Origin: Thermodesulfobacteriota bacterium
GTDB lineage: Bacteria > Desulfobacterota > Desulfarculia > JACQYL01
DNA: 64,000 nt
Direction of reading: 5' to 3'
Assembly (NCBI GenBank): GCA_963675595.2
Contig: CAXXLZ010000002.1
Coordinates: 32,001 to 96,000, forward strand
In this document: one piece after another, positions 1 through 8,132 of the stretch
Layout: each line of letters begins with the position of its first letter
Numbering within the stretch: the first letter of the stretch is position 1
Notes under the pieces: model-generated
Told to the model about the DNA's origin: nothing
Database searches by the model: none
What the model saw: the letters and a program-made list of their open reading frames with translations, nothing else
Made by a program: the position numbers and the translations under genes

Positions 1-335
1 TGATTCCCCTCAACCCATCGGAATCCCGAGTGTTCCACATCCGGTCTGAATTCCCGGCCCTCGGAGGATTGCGGATCAATCAGGAAGACCAACGCACGGA
101 CTCCGAAGCGTTCCTCCAACTCCGCGATGACGCACTCCACCACCTCACGAACGCTCGAGCACTCGTACACCGACGCCTCGATATCGGAGAAATGATTCAG
201 GATACGCTCGTTATCCACGACCCGATCGTAAATGTCTCCGATAGTGCGTCTCAGCTCCGTATTTTCCCGAGAAATGCGTTCGATGATGCGATGACTTGAA
301 TCCACCACATTGTCCCGGCGCTTTTCCTTAGGCAT
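1..335 (-). CDS. 5' part of a gene running off the window; coiled N-terminus resembling DUF484/GAF-like proteins
   Basis: Not in the ORF track because truncated. Open frame from ATG at 335: MPKEKRRDNVVDSSHRIIERISRENTELRRTIGDIYDRVVDNERILNHFSDIEASVYECSSVREVV..., no stop before base 1; 57 bp downstream of the co-oriented HDOD gene. Confidence 0.6.
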   Translation of the reverse strand, partial: MPKEKRRDNVVDSSHRIIERISRENTELRRTIGDIYDRVVDNERILNHFSDIEASVYECSSVREVVECVIAELEERFGVRALVFLIDPQSSEGREFRPDVEHSGFRWVEGN

Positions 336-391
336 ATGCACGTCCGTTCTTCCGCGACGGTCCCCGAAACGGCGGGCGCGGCGGTTTGGGA

Positions 392-1273
392 TTACGAAAG
401 GATCCGTTCGGACAATTCCAGGATATCGTCCCTTTTCTTCGACATCTTCAGCGCGAAATCGTCTACGACCGCCGCATCCAGCCCCAAGAGTCCAAGAGCC
501 TCGGGCAACGGCGGCGGAGGATTGGCGGAGCCCGAATATCCGAGTTCTAGGCGCACGGCCAGGTAGTCCGCCACGTGAACCAAGGCGGTTTCCAGGGCGA
601 AAGGTGCCGCAGCGGACGGCTGGTGGTGCATCTCCGTTGTGACGCAACACTCTTCAGGCAAGTGCCGCCTCTTCAGCAAGGCGGCGCCCATCTTGCCGTG
701 GGAAAGATTCACGATCTCTTCCGCCTTGAAAAAAGGCACTTCCATCACGTCGGAGAAGGTCATGAGGTCTTCGATGAGCAAAGGATCCGCCGTAAGATAG
801 GTCAACTTGCCCACGTCGTGGGCCACTCCGAGGCTGAACGCCTTTCGCTCCTCGGGAAGCTTGAGGGTTCGCGCCAGGAACTTGAACATGAACGCCGTTC
901 CCACGGAATGAAGATCGAAACTCTTCGCGTCCAGGTTCTGAACTCGAAAGCCTTCGTCGGCCAGGGAAAGCAACGAGGCGCCGAATACCACTTCCTTGAA
1001 TTGGTTGAATCCCAGGATCACGATGGCCCTGCCGATGGAGTTCACTTCCGAGCAGCCGTAAAACGGAGAGTTGATGATCCGTAGGATCTTTCGAGCTATG
1101 GACGGATCGCTCTGGATATTGTCTTCGATTTGACGAATGGACGAAAGCTCGTTCTCGAGGGTCTTAACCACGGTGGAAAAGGCCGGGGAGAAGGAAAGCA
1201 TCCCCTCTTCCGTCGCCACCAGCCGTTTGAAGGCCTCGACTCGTTCCGGAGCCAACCGGTCGCTGAAATTCAT
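392..1273 (-). CDS. HDOD domain signal-transduction protein
   Basis: IQSDPSIARKILRIINSPFYG, SIGRAIVILGF, AHDVGKL, SHGKMGAALL and EMHHQP match the HDOD fold. Confidence 0.9.
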   Translation of the reverse strand: MNFSDRLAPERVEAFKRLVATEEGMLSFSPAFSTVVKTLENELSSIRQIEDNIQSDPSIARKILRIINSPFYGCSEVNSIGRAIVILGFNQFKEVVFGASLLSLADEGFRVQNLDAKSFDLHSVGTAFMFKFLARTLKLPEERKAFSLGVAHDVGKLTYLTADPLLIEDLMTFSDVMEVPFFKAEEIVNLSHGKMGAALLKRRHLPEECCVTTEMHHQPSAAAPFALETALVHVADYLAVRLELGYSGSANPPPPLPEALGLLGLDAAVVDDFALKMSKKRDDILELSERILS

Positions 1274-1338
1274 CTCATCTCAATCACGGGGGAACAATAG
1301 AAAAAGCGCCCCGTGCCCCCTTCAAGCGTATTAAACAG

Positions 1339-1470
1339 GCCTCACCGCCTTCGGCGGAGATGCTCCTCGCATCTCCCGAATCGGCTGGGAAGCTACCTGG
1401 TTCGTGTCGATTCACAGGGTTGGCGGGGAAACCTCTTGAAACAGGTTCCCCCGCACCCCATCCAAAACTT
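1339..1470 (-). repeat. Composite intergenic repeat (REP-like modules)
   Basis: Reverse complement matches 8190-8350: CTCCGCCGAAGGCGGTGAGGC module, GAACCAG..AGCTTCCC.GCCGATTC module and GGGGAAAC..GTTTCCCC hairpin. Confidence 0.75.
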
Positions 1471-1521
1471 ATTGAGCGGGTTGTTCGCTTCCGCGTCACA
1501 ACCGGGGAGAGGTGCCCTTAG

Positions 1522-1673
1522 ACAGCCCGTTGAAAAAGCCGGTTGCCACAGGTTGGTGAAAAACGATGACATGCAAGGCCCGCAAATCCCGAGGAAAGAG
1601 GCGTACATAGAAGCACGCCGCAGTGACGAGGGATGAAGCGCAACGCCGCAGGTCGCATTTTTCAACGGCCTGT
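1522..1673. mobile_element. MITE-like non-coding element with terminal inverted repeats
   Basis: ACAGCCCGTTGAAAAA (1522-1537) and TTTTTCAACGGCCTGT (1658-1673) are 15/16 inverted repeats; internal GGCGTAC..G(C/T)ACGCCGCAG hairpin; partial copies near 1973-1993, 8133-8183 and 21878-21904; no transposase inside. Confidence 0.65.
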
Positions 1674-1758
1674 TGGGAGACCGATTGCCGGGCGCATCAG
1701 GAACGGAGCCCTCGACAAGGGCGACCCGGTCCGCAAATCTACTCACCGCATGAAGCCT

Positions 1759-2093
1759 CTCCGCCGGAGGCGGCGAGGCCCGCTTGAAGCCTTCGAGGGG
1801 GGGACAGGGGGCATTCCGAGCCCCCGTTCTCGTTCCCGGCCCAACGCCGGCGACTGCGAGAGATGACGCTTTGGAGATATGTGGGTTTCCGAATGCGCAG
1901 TGTAGGGGAACTTGCGCGGAACGTCAAGAATTCCGCGCCCTTCGGTGAATACAATCCGGGAAAACCACACCGCGCTGTTGAAAAACGCGATCCACAATTC
2001 GTTTCCGTCGTGCCCCCCTTTGCCGAAGGCGGTGAGGCGCCCCTGGAACGCTTTCAAAGGAGGGCGCGGCAAGACTTCCTCGAAAGTTTTCCC
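1759..2093 (+). repeat. Two further copies of the CCGCCGAAGGCGGTGAGGC module plus a degenerate hairpin module
   Basis: Copies at 1759-1779 and 2022-2038; the second is followed by a segment similar to 8297-8350. Confidence 0.65.
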
Positions 2094-2114
2094 ACGCGAA
2101 CCCCACAACAACAC

Positions 2115-2143
2115 TTGACCTCGCAGATCAAAATTGCTAATAG
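2115..2143 (+). promoter_or_regulatory. Putative sigma70 promoter of the tRNA-Ser pair
   Basis: TTGACC-17 bp-TAATAG with TG extension, 13 bp before the tRNA. Confidence 0.5.
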
Positions 2144-2156
2144 CAACTACCCTCTC

Positions 2157-2249
2157 GGAGGGATGGCCGAGTGGTTTAAGGCGGCGGTCTTGAAAACCGT
2201 TGTCCCGTGATGAGCGGGGCCGTGGGTTCGAATCCTACTCCCTCCGCCA
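2157..2249 (+). tRNA. tRNA-Ser (anticodon TGA)
   Basis: GGAGGGA acceptor stem, TGGCCGAGTGG D-arm, CTTGAAA anticodon loop, long variable arm, GGTTCGAATCC T-arm, encoded CCA. Confidence 0.96.
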
Positions 2250-2273
2250 ATCACTCAAAATCGTAGCGTTCGC

Positions 2274-2368
2274 GGAGAGATGGCCGAGTCGGCTGAAGGC
2301 GCTCGCCTGCTAAGCGAGTGTAGGGGCAAAAACCTCTACCGAGGGTTCGAATCCCTCTCTCTCCGCCA
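2274..2368 (+). tRNA. tRNA-Ser (anticodon GCT)
   Basis: GGAGAGA acceptor stem, CTGCTAA anticodon loop, long variable arm, GGTTCGAATCC T-arm, encoded CCA. Confidence 0.96.
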
Positions 2369-2379
2369 TTTTGATATCC

Positions 2380-2409
2380 AAGCCGCCACCTCGTGGCGGC
2401 TTTTTTTTT
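2380..2409 (+). terminator. Rho-independent terminator after tRNA pair
   Basis: AAGCCGCCAC-CTC-GTGGCGGCTT hairpin running into a T9 tract. Confidence 0.9.
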
Positions 2410-2476
2410 GCTTGGAAGCCCGAGCGTATCCCCGCCTGTTGGGCGTGCCGTTACTTCTCAAGTCCCCTGCGCACAC

Positions 2477-2627
2477 CTCGCTCCCTCGTTTGATCCGGTA
2501 CCCCTGGAGCTTGCACCGAATCCTGGCCTGTGGTCATCATAGGACGGCCGCACGGCCATGGGTCGTGCTCAACGTGGATGTGGGCGGGTATGTGGTAGGG
2601 CGGAGTACGGAGAAGGTATGGGAAAAA
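2477..2627 (+). pseudogene. Frameshifted relic of a phage 3TM (GTA-type) holin C-terminus
   Basis: One frame gives LAPSFDPVPLELAPNPGLWS*, another gives PWVVLNVDVGGYVVGRSTEKV, resembling the L(E)LP..LW.LL...GGYV.GRS.EK signature of 3TM holins; no start codon or N-terminus. Confidence 0.5.
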
Positions 2628-2648
2628 CCGGGTAAGCGAACATCATTT

Positions 2649-4526
2649 TCATCTGAAGGCAGACTGAATCGCAGTGACCATCTTCTGCCAGAACGGAGGA
2701 AGATCATAATACTTTTCTTCCATGTATGACATTAACCGCTCGTTGTCTGTTTTCAACGTGAGGATGCCCAATGGCAGACCCGCTTCGACAACAACGGGGG
2801 ATCGTTCTTCGCCGGCCTGGTTGCGTTCTTGATTATCAAGGACCTTGTTGACGGACTCCTGAAGAGCGATCAATCGCTCGGTGATCTCTTTGCCGTCTTC
2901 TTGAGGATCGATGTTCAACAACTTCAGCAAAGAAACGTCGTTGGAGAGGGCCTCTACACCCTTTATGATGATCCGATTTGGGCCGTACTTTTCACTGAGG
3001 GCTGAAAGAACCAGACGCGCCGTGAACAGGCCGGATGGCTCCAAGGGGGCGTGGAGTATGATTTCATGGATATGTTCAAGGTGCGCGTACAACCTCTCGA
3101 AATCCTTTTCAGCAAATGGAATCTTCTTGCCTGCCCTGACAATGTAGTCGCACTTGATGTCTTTAATGATCCATCGTGAGAGATTCGTATCCGTGAGGTT
3201 CGCTCCGGAGAGATCCGCGCCCGCCAAAACAGCTCGTGTCAGGTCGGCATCACGAAGGTCCGCTATTTTGAGGTTCGCTCCGCTGAGGTCTGCTCTTTTC
3301 AGGTCCGCAGCGCTGAGGGCCACGTCACGGAGATTCACATTGCTGAGGTCGGCATTGTCGAGTTTGGCTCCGCTAAGATTCACTCTGCTGAGGTTCGCAC
3401 TTTTGAGATTCGCATCTTTCAAGTTCGCTTCCTTGAGTTTCGCCCTGCTGAGGTTCGCTCGGTTTAGATCTGCTGCTATTAGTTCCGCACCAGTTAGGTC
3501 CGCAAGAAATAAGTTAGCCTGCGTCAGGTTAGTTCGAAATAGGAATGCCTTGTTGAGGTTGGCCTCTTCAAGGTTTGCCTTTTCTAAAGATGCGTCCATC
3601 AGTTTTGTTTCACTGAGGTTCGCCAACCTAAGGTCCGCTTCGTTCAGAGATGCTTGATGCAGGTTCGACCGGAAAAGGTCAGCCGAAATCAGGTTCGCGT
3701 TGTCGAGTTTGGCTCCCCCGAGGTCAGCTCCAACGAAGTTCACCTTACCGCATTTTGCTACCGCAAGTTGCACCTTGCTGAGGTTCGCCCCGCTGAAGTC
3801 CGCCTCTCTCAGGTCTGCTCCCCTGAAGTCCATTCCGCTGAAGTCCATTCCGCTAAGATTCGCCTTCCTGAGATTCGCTTGGCTGAGATGGCCGCACAAC
3901 CTGGTATTTCTCAGGTCCAACCCGCTGAAGTTCGTTCCGGTGAGCACCGTCGAAACGAAAGATGCTCCGTCGGGCTCCGCCTCGCGGAGGTCCGCGTTGC
4001 TGAGGTTCGTTTCACTGAAGTCTACTCCCTTGAGGTCCGCTCCCCTGAGATCCGCTCCCCTGAGATCCGCTCCCCTAAGATCCGTGCCGACGATGCTGGC
4101 CCCTTTAAGGTTTGTTTTTCGGAGGTACGAATGGCTGAGATGCGCTGCGTCCAAGTTCGCCTCACAAAGGGTAGCACTGCGGAGTGTCGCTCCTGTCAAG
4201 ATTGCCTCACGAAATTCCGCCTTGTTAAGATTCGCTCCTTTGAGGTTTGCACCAATTAGATACGCCCCAAAGAGGTTTGCCCCAGAAAGATTCGCTTGCC
4301 TGAAGCCAGCTCCATCAAGTGCCCCTTCGCACAAGTTCACTTGGCAGAGTTTTGCTTTTCGGAGTTTAGCTCCCCTGAGTTTGGCTTTGCTGAGATTTGC
4401 CGAGTTGAGGTTGGCCTCGTTGAGGTCCGCCTTGCATAGGTCCCACACTCCTTCCGGCATCGGGCCCTGAGCAGCGCCCAGCTCAACGAGTTTCCGCCAA
4501 GTCTCTTCTCGGGTCACGGCAACCAT
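2649..4526 (-). CDS. Long pentapeptide-repeat protein with C-terminal non-repeat domain
   Basis: Roughly 420 residues of A(D/N)Lxx repeats, then W.IKDIKCDY and a helical tail; likely start MVAVTREE at 4526 behind GAGG (ORF open to 4619). Confidence 0.9.
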   Translation of the reverse strand: MVAVTREETWRKLVELGAAQGPMPEGVWDLCKADLNEANLNSANLSKAKLRGAKLRKAKLCQVNLCEGALDGAGFRQANLSGANLFGAYLIGANLKGANLNKAEFREAILTGATLRSATLCEANLDAAHLSHSYLRKTNLKGASIVGTDLRGADLRGADLRGADLKGVDFSETNLSNADLREAEPDGASFVSTVLTGTNFSGLDLRNTRLCGHLSQANLRKANLSGMDFSGMDFRGADLREADFSGANLSKVQLAVAKCGKVNFVGADLGGAKLDNANLISADLFRSNLHQASLNEADLRLANLSETKLMDASLEKANLEEANLNKAFLFRTNLTQANLFLADLTGAELIAADLNRANLSRAKLKEANLKDANLKSANLSRVNLSGAKLDNADLSNVNLRDVALSAADLKRADLSGANLKIADLRDADLTRAVLAGADLSGANLTDTNLSRWIIKDIKCDYIVRAGKKIPFAEKDFERLYAHLEHIHEIILHAPLEPSGLFTARLVLSALSEKYGPNRIIIKGVEALSNDVSLLKLLNIDPQEDGKEITERLIALQESVNKVLDNQERNQAGEERSPVVVEAGLPLGILTLKTDNERLMSYMEEKYYDLPPFWQKMVTAIQSAFR

Positions 4527-4642
4527 CCTCTGCTTTGGGAGTGGGAAAACGGGTGGAATTGAGAATTTCTTAACGCAAATCGGCTGAGAAGGAAAGAATG
4601 AATTGGAATCTGGAGACACCGAATAGATTCTTGAGAAAGACC

Positions 4643-4942
4643 ATGGAAAAACACGTCGACCTTCTCATCGCCGCGGGCTCCCTCGTGTACACCGTCGTGA
4701 ACGGCCTTATCGCCTACATCCGGGTGAGCAAGTGGAACGACATCAAGGAAGTGCTCAAAGACCCGAAGGAAACAATGGGGAGGAAGGTTGACGAGGCCCA
4801 ATGCCTCCAATGGCGGAAGCGTCAGTGCCGAAAACTCTCCGGCCTCGAGGCCCGGCTCAACAAGGAGGACTACGAGCTGGGGGAAGCCGTCAATCGGCAT
4901 TCCCACGAATGGCTGCCGGGAGAAGGGAGGGTGGTGAGGTGA
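4643..4942 (+). CDS. Small N-terminally membrane-anchored protein, phage-like
   Basis: MEKHVDLLIAAGSLVYTVVNGLIAYIRV hydrophobic helix then coiled segment; host-like codon usage; decayed paralog at 6792-7016. Confidence 0.6.
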   Translation: MEKHVDLLIAAGSLVYTVVNGLIAYIRVSKWNDIKEVLKDPKETMGRKVDEAQCLQWRKRQCRKLSGLEARLNKEDYELGEAVNRHSHEWLPGEGRVVR

Positions 4943-5021
4943 GGGGTGAACTTCTTATGCGAAAGCCCGGAACTTCCTGTCAAGCCCCCGGTTTTTGGTC
5001 CAGCAATTATGAGAGTTTTTC

Positions 5022-5933
5022 TCAAGGCCCTGTGATTTCTGTGCTTGGTCCTTGGGGCATCGGCGAAGCCGAGCAAAGCGAGGCGGAGTCGATGCCCCAA
5101 GGATCGGCCGCGAACCGGGCCGGGGTCATATAATTCAACGCACTGTGCGGTCTTTCCTCGTTATAGGCTTTCCTCCATTTGGCGGACAGAATTTGCGCTT
5201 CCTTGATATTATTCAAAACCTCCACGTTCAAAAATTCATCCCGAAATCGGCTGTTGAAGCTTTCCACATAGCCGTTCTGCCAGGGAGCCCCCGGTTCGAT
5301 GAATAGGGCTTCCACTTCCAGGTCTTTCAGCCAATTTCTCACCCTCTTGGCTATGAATTCCGGACCGTTATCCGATCGAATCCCTTTTGGAACTCCCCGC
5401 ACGCCCATCAACCGACTTAGTTCGTCCAAAACCTCATCACCCGTGATGGAACGGTCGATCCTCAAGGCCAGGTTTTCCCGGGTAAACTCGTCGACAATGG
5501 CCAAGCACTTGAAATGACGGCCGTCGGCCAGGCGATCATGAATGAAATCCAACGTCCAGACATCATTTGGAAAAGTCGCCTTTCGTTTGTGGCACGCGTT
5601 GGCATCGACTCCCAGGAATCGTTTCTTCCGGGCTCTTCGAGGCACCTTGAATCCTTCTCGTTTCCAAAGTCGGTGGACTCGCTTGTAGTTCACTACCCAT
5701 CCCGCTTCACGCAGCAGACGGGTGATCCGACGACATCCAAAACGAGGATGCTCTCCAACCAACCGGTGAAGGTCCTTGATCAATTCCTCCTCATCATCCA
5801 ACTCCTTCGGCCGATAACGTTGGGTGGATCGATGTTGGCCGGTTATTCGACAGGCCCGACGCTCTGAAGCGGCATGTTCCCTTCGAACATGCTCAACCGC
5901 TTTCCTGCGACGCGCCGGGCTTAGAAGTTTCCC
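5022..5933 (-). CDS. IS3 transposase OrfB (DDE integrase core), reached by -1 frameshift
   Basis: WTLDF, IVDEFTRE, IRSDNGPEF, PGAPWQNGYVESFN, YNEERPHSAL; frame opens at slippery G GGA AAC (5927-5933). Confidence 0.93.
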   Translation of the reverse strand, partial: GKLLSPARRRKAVEHVRREHAASERRACRITGQHRSTQRYRPKELDDEEELIKDLHRLVGEHPRFGCRRITRLLREAGWVVNYKRVHRLWKREGFKVPRRARKKRFLGVDANACHKRKATFPNDVWTLDFIHDRLADGRHFKCLAIVDEFTRENLALRIDRSITGDEVLDELSRLMGVRGVPKGIRSDNGPEFIAKRVRNWLKDLEVEALFIEPGAPWQNGYVESFNSRFRDEFLNVEVLNNIKEAQILSAKWRKAYNEERPHSALNYMTPARFAADPWGIDSASLCSASPMPQGPSTEITGP

Positions 5934-6202
5934 TCCGCAAGGTCCTTGAGCATTGCTTTGTCCAACATCAGGTCGGCCACCAGCTTCTTCAAACGGGCAT
6001 TCTCTCTTTCCAGTTGTTTGAGCCTCTTAGCCTCCTCAGCCTTCATACCCCCATACTGGTTTCGCCATCGGTGGTACGTCGCCTCGCTCACCTCCAGGAA
6101 CTGGCAGACCTGCGCTATGGTCTGCCCAGCGGTCAGCCGACGGTCCGCTTCTTCCAGTTTCCGCACAATTTGCTCCGCGCTATGTCTCTTTCGCTTGGCC
6201 AT
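5921..6202 (-). CDS. IS3 transposase OrfA (HTH, leucine zipper)
   Basis: MAKRKRHSAEQIVRKL...VSEATYHRWRNQYGGM...LERENARLKKLVA...EGNF*. Confidence 0.95.
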   Translation of the reverse strand: MAKRKRHSAEQIVRKLEEADRRLTAGQTIAQVCQFLEVSEATYHRWRNQYGGMKAEEAKRLKQLERENARLKKLVADLMLDKAMLKDLAEGNF

Positions 6203-6336
6203 GCAATCCGTCTCCTTCCCTTTTCTTGGGCTTCAGACTCTCATTATACATGGACCAATTATCGGGAGGCATTCCATTCCCATTTATTCGCGCGATATGT
6301 CCGTAAGGATTTATCGCGTCAAGCGGGGACTGGGTA

Positions 6337-6543
6337 TTACGACTTGCTTTCTTCTAAAGACTTGGCCCATTCGGAGGCCAATTCCCCGGCTTCATCTTCC
6401 GAAATCTCAACGGACTTCGATTCGATTTTGACGCGGCTTTCCGAGTCGTCTATCTTCACCCAGTTGTCGCCGTCCATTCGGAAGAGATTGAAATCGTCAT
6501 CTCGTACAAAAGGAACGCCGTCCAGTTCCATAAAGATCGGCAT
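6337..6543 (-). CDS. Small acidic hypothetical protein (68 aa)
   Basis: Strong SD GGAGGTGA ahead of ATG at 6543 (MPIFMELDGVPFVRDDDFNLFRMDG...). Confidence 0.65.
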   Translation of the reverse strand: MPIFMELDGVPFVRDDDFNLFRMDGDNWVKIDDSESRVKIESKSVEISEDEAGELASEWAKSLEESKS

Positions 6544-6791
6544 TTCATCACCTCCTTCTTCCAACATTTTGGCGGTTGAAGCATCTGCCGGCAAGCGCCG
6601 TGCACGATGAGAGACAATGCATCCTAATTCAAATTTCACGATGAGCGTCGGGTGGAATAGGAACGACCGGCCCCTAAAATGGGGGACCGCCTATTGAAAA
6701 TCTGGGTTCCACCGCGCTTTTCAGGCTAGGGCAATCTTATGGAGCAAATTTTTTCTCATGCAGAAGAGCGATAAGCGCCAGAAGCTCCTTT

Positions 6792-7016
6792 CACCTCGCC
6801 CTTCTCACCACGGGAATCAAATCATCCAGCTCTTGCACGCCCTCCGGGATCGGCGGATATGCGGGCGCGGACATACCACCGGAATGCAGAGAATACCGCC
6901 TGCTCGGACCGCACCCATCGGTATGGAAGGACGACTCTCGAAAGAGGATCGGAAGCTGTAGAATGCCACCCATGGTTACACCTGAAGGCATCCCCGGGGA
7001 AGGGAGGGTGGTGAGG
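6792..7016 (+). pseudogene. Decayed paralog of 4643-4942
   Basis: Fragments HLALLTTG, PECREYR, GMEGRLSKEDRKL*, IPGEGRVVR align with HVDLLIAAG, AQCLQWR, GLEARLNKEDYEL, LPGEGRVVR; identical 18-mer GAAGGGAGGGTGGTGAGG at 4922-4939 and 6999-7016. Confidence 0.75.
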
Positions 7017-7052
7017 AAATCGTGATCCCAAAAGCAGTGCCGGTCGTTCTCC

Positions 7053-7301
7053 TCAATTTCCCCAGAAATCCTTGGGGTCGATATCGAATCGTCTTAACAC
7101 GGCGCCGACGGTTCCCTTGCCGACTTCCGTGTTGTCACCGTGGTGTTTGATGGGGATTTGAGGTCCTTTGCCGGAACCGGGCGTCTCGGGTCTGAGCAGG
7201 ATGCGTTCGGACCCTTTGCCTCGCTTGACCATTTCGACGATTCCAAACCGCCGCAATCGTTGAACGAATTCCCGATACTTGAGCGCCTTGTTACCGGACA
7301 T
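7053..7301 (-). CDS. hicA: HicA-like type II toxin (atypical active site)
   Basis: 82 aa, basic; pattern KYREF..L..FG...RGKGS...IP..H...EVGKGTV.AVLRRF; overlaps the antitoxin by 11 bp. Confidence 0.7.
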   Translation of the reverse strand: MSGNKALKYREFVQRLRRFGIVEMVKRGKGSERILLRPETPGSGKGPQIPIKHHGDNTEVGKGTVGAVLRRFDIDPKDFWGN

Positions 7302-7671
7302 GACCTTTGGACGAGGTTTGACACATCTTGGCGGTCACCCAAGGGGGAACGAAAACGGGAGCGTGATGGGGATCGGAAAAGGACGGGTGAATCTCCGCTT
7401 TGATTTCAAATTCCTCAAGACCCTCCGTGTCGCTGAGACATCGATAGAACGCTTCCCAGACATCGCGAGGCGCGGGGCGATACAGGTACGCCAAGTTGTC
7501 GTTGCTGAAGGCGTAATCCACCGCAGCGGTGATCAACCCCTGAATCTCTTCGAGGACCTCTTGTTTGTCGGGTCCCTCCGCGACAATATCCAGTTCGAGA
7601 CAATGCGCGGTGTAGATGCCCTCTTCCTGGGAAACCAAAACATTGACGATCATGCCGTCACCCGACCGCAT
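7291..7671 (-). CDS. hicB: HicB-like antitoxin
   Basis: EEGIYTAHCLELDIVAEGPDKQEVLEEIQGLI matches the HicB partial RNase H fold; acidic; SD GGAGG. Confidence 0.75.
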   Translation of the reverse strand: MRSGDGMIVNVLVSQEEGIYTAHCLELDIVAEGPDKQEVLEEIQGLITAAVDYAFSNDNLAYLYRPAPRDVWEAFYRCLSDTEGLEEFEIKAEIHPSFSDPHHAPVFVPPWVTAKMCQTSSKGHVR

Positions 7672-7866
7672 GAATAACCTCCATAATCGCTAAAAGGATT
7701 ATGTCAAAAAATAACACAATTGTTGGGGACGTACAAGAAAGGCGGAATTCATGGAAAAGCCACTAACATGCAGTATCGGCACCGAGATTCGTTCCATCAA
7801 GTGCCTATTGCGCCGGAGGAATTCTCCACGATTCGCGGATAGAATCCGGCTATGATCGACCATAGC

Positions 7867-8067
7867 TCACTTCAACGGCCTCACCGTAAGAATCAACTCG
7901 TCGATGTCCTTCGCCCCCACGGGGCCTGGAGGCAACGATGATCTTAAATACCACATTTGAGAAAAAGGACTCTGAACTTCTTTAGTGTAGAAAGAAGCGC
8001 CGACGGTGAAGAAGGCCATGTCGACTTTTTCGGGGCTCGAGATTTCATCATCGGCCGACCACGGCAC
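7867..8067 (-). pseudogene. Probable 3' gene fragment of unknown family at the island edge
   Basis: 66-codon frame with protein-like C-terminus, no clear SD. Confidence 0.25.
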
Positions 8068-8132
8068 CCCTCACACACCCCGTCCGCCCCGCTTGCTTTG
8101 GCCCTCAATCCCTGCTAAACACCAAGGCGGCG

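Larger units (their letters stand above)
4978..6276 (-). mobile_element. IS3-family insertion sequence (IS407 group), 1299 bp, apparently intact
   Basis: TG...CA ends; imperfect ~40-bp IRs (TGTCAAGCCCCCGGTTTTTGGTCCAGCAATTATGAGAGT vs TGGAATGCCTCCCGATAATTGGTCCATGTATAATGAGAGT); 4-bp target duplication TTCC at 4974-4977 and 6277-6280. Confidence 0.95.

Noticed and set aside
1339-2093. Repeated ~21-bp palindromic units considered as a CRISPR array
   Set aside because: Irregular spacing, mixed orientation, no cas genes
2157-2249. tRNA containing TGA with a long variable arm, considered as tRNA-Sec or suppressor
   Set aside because: TGA is the anticodon (reads TCA, Ser); tRNA-Sec needs anticodon TCA and an 8-bp acceptor stem
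2556-2590. Minus-strand HIHVEHDP resembling a peptidase M15 motif
   Set aside because: No supporting flanking similarity; overlaps the better-supported holin relic on the other strand
3154-4470. Repetitive plus-strand ORFs (LRSAP, EVR repeats)
   Set aside because: Antisense reflections of the pentapeptide repeats
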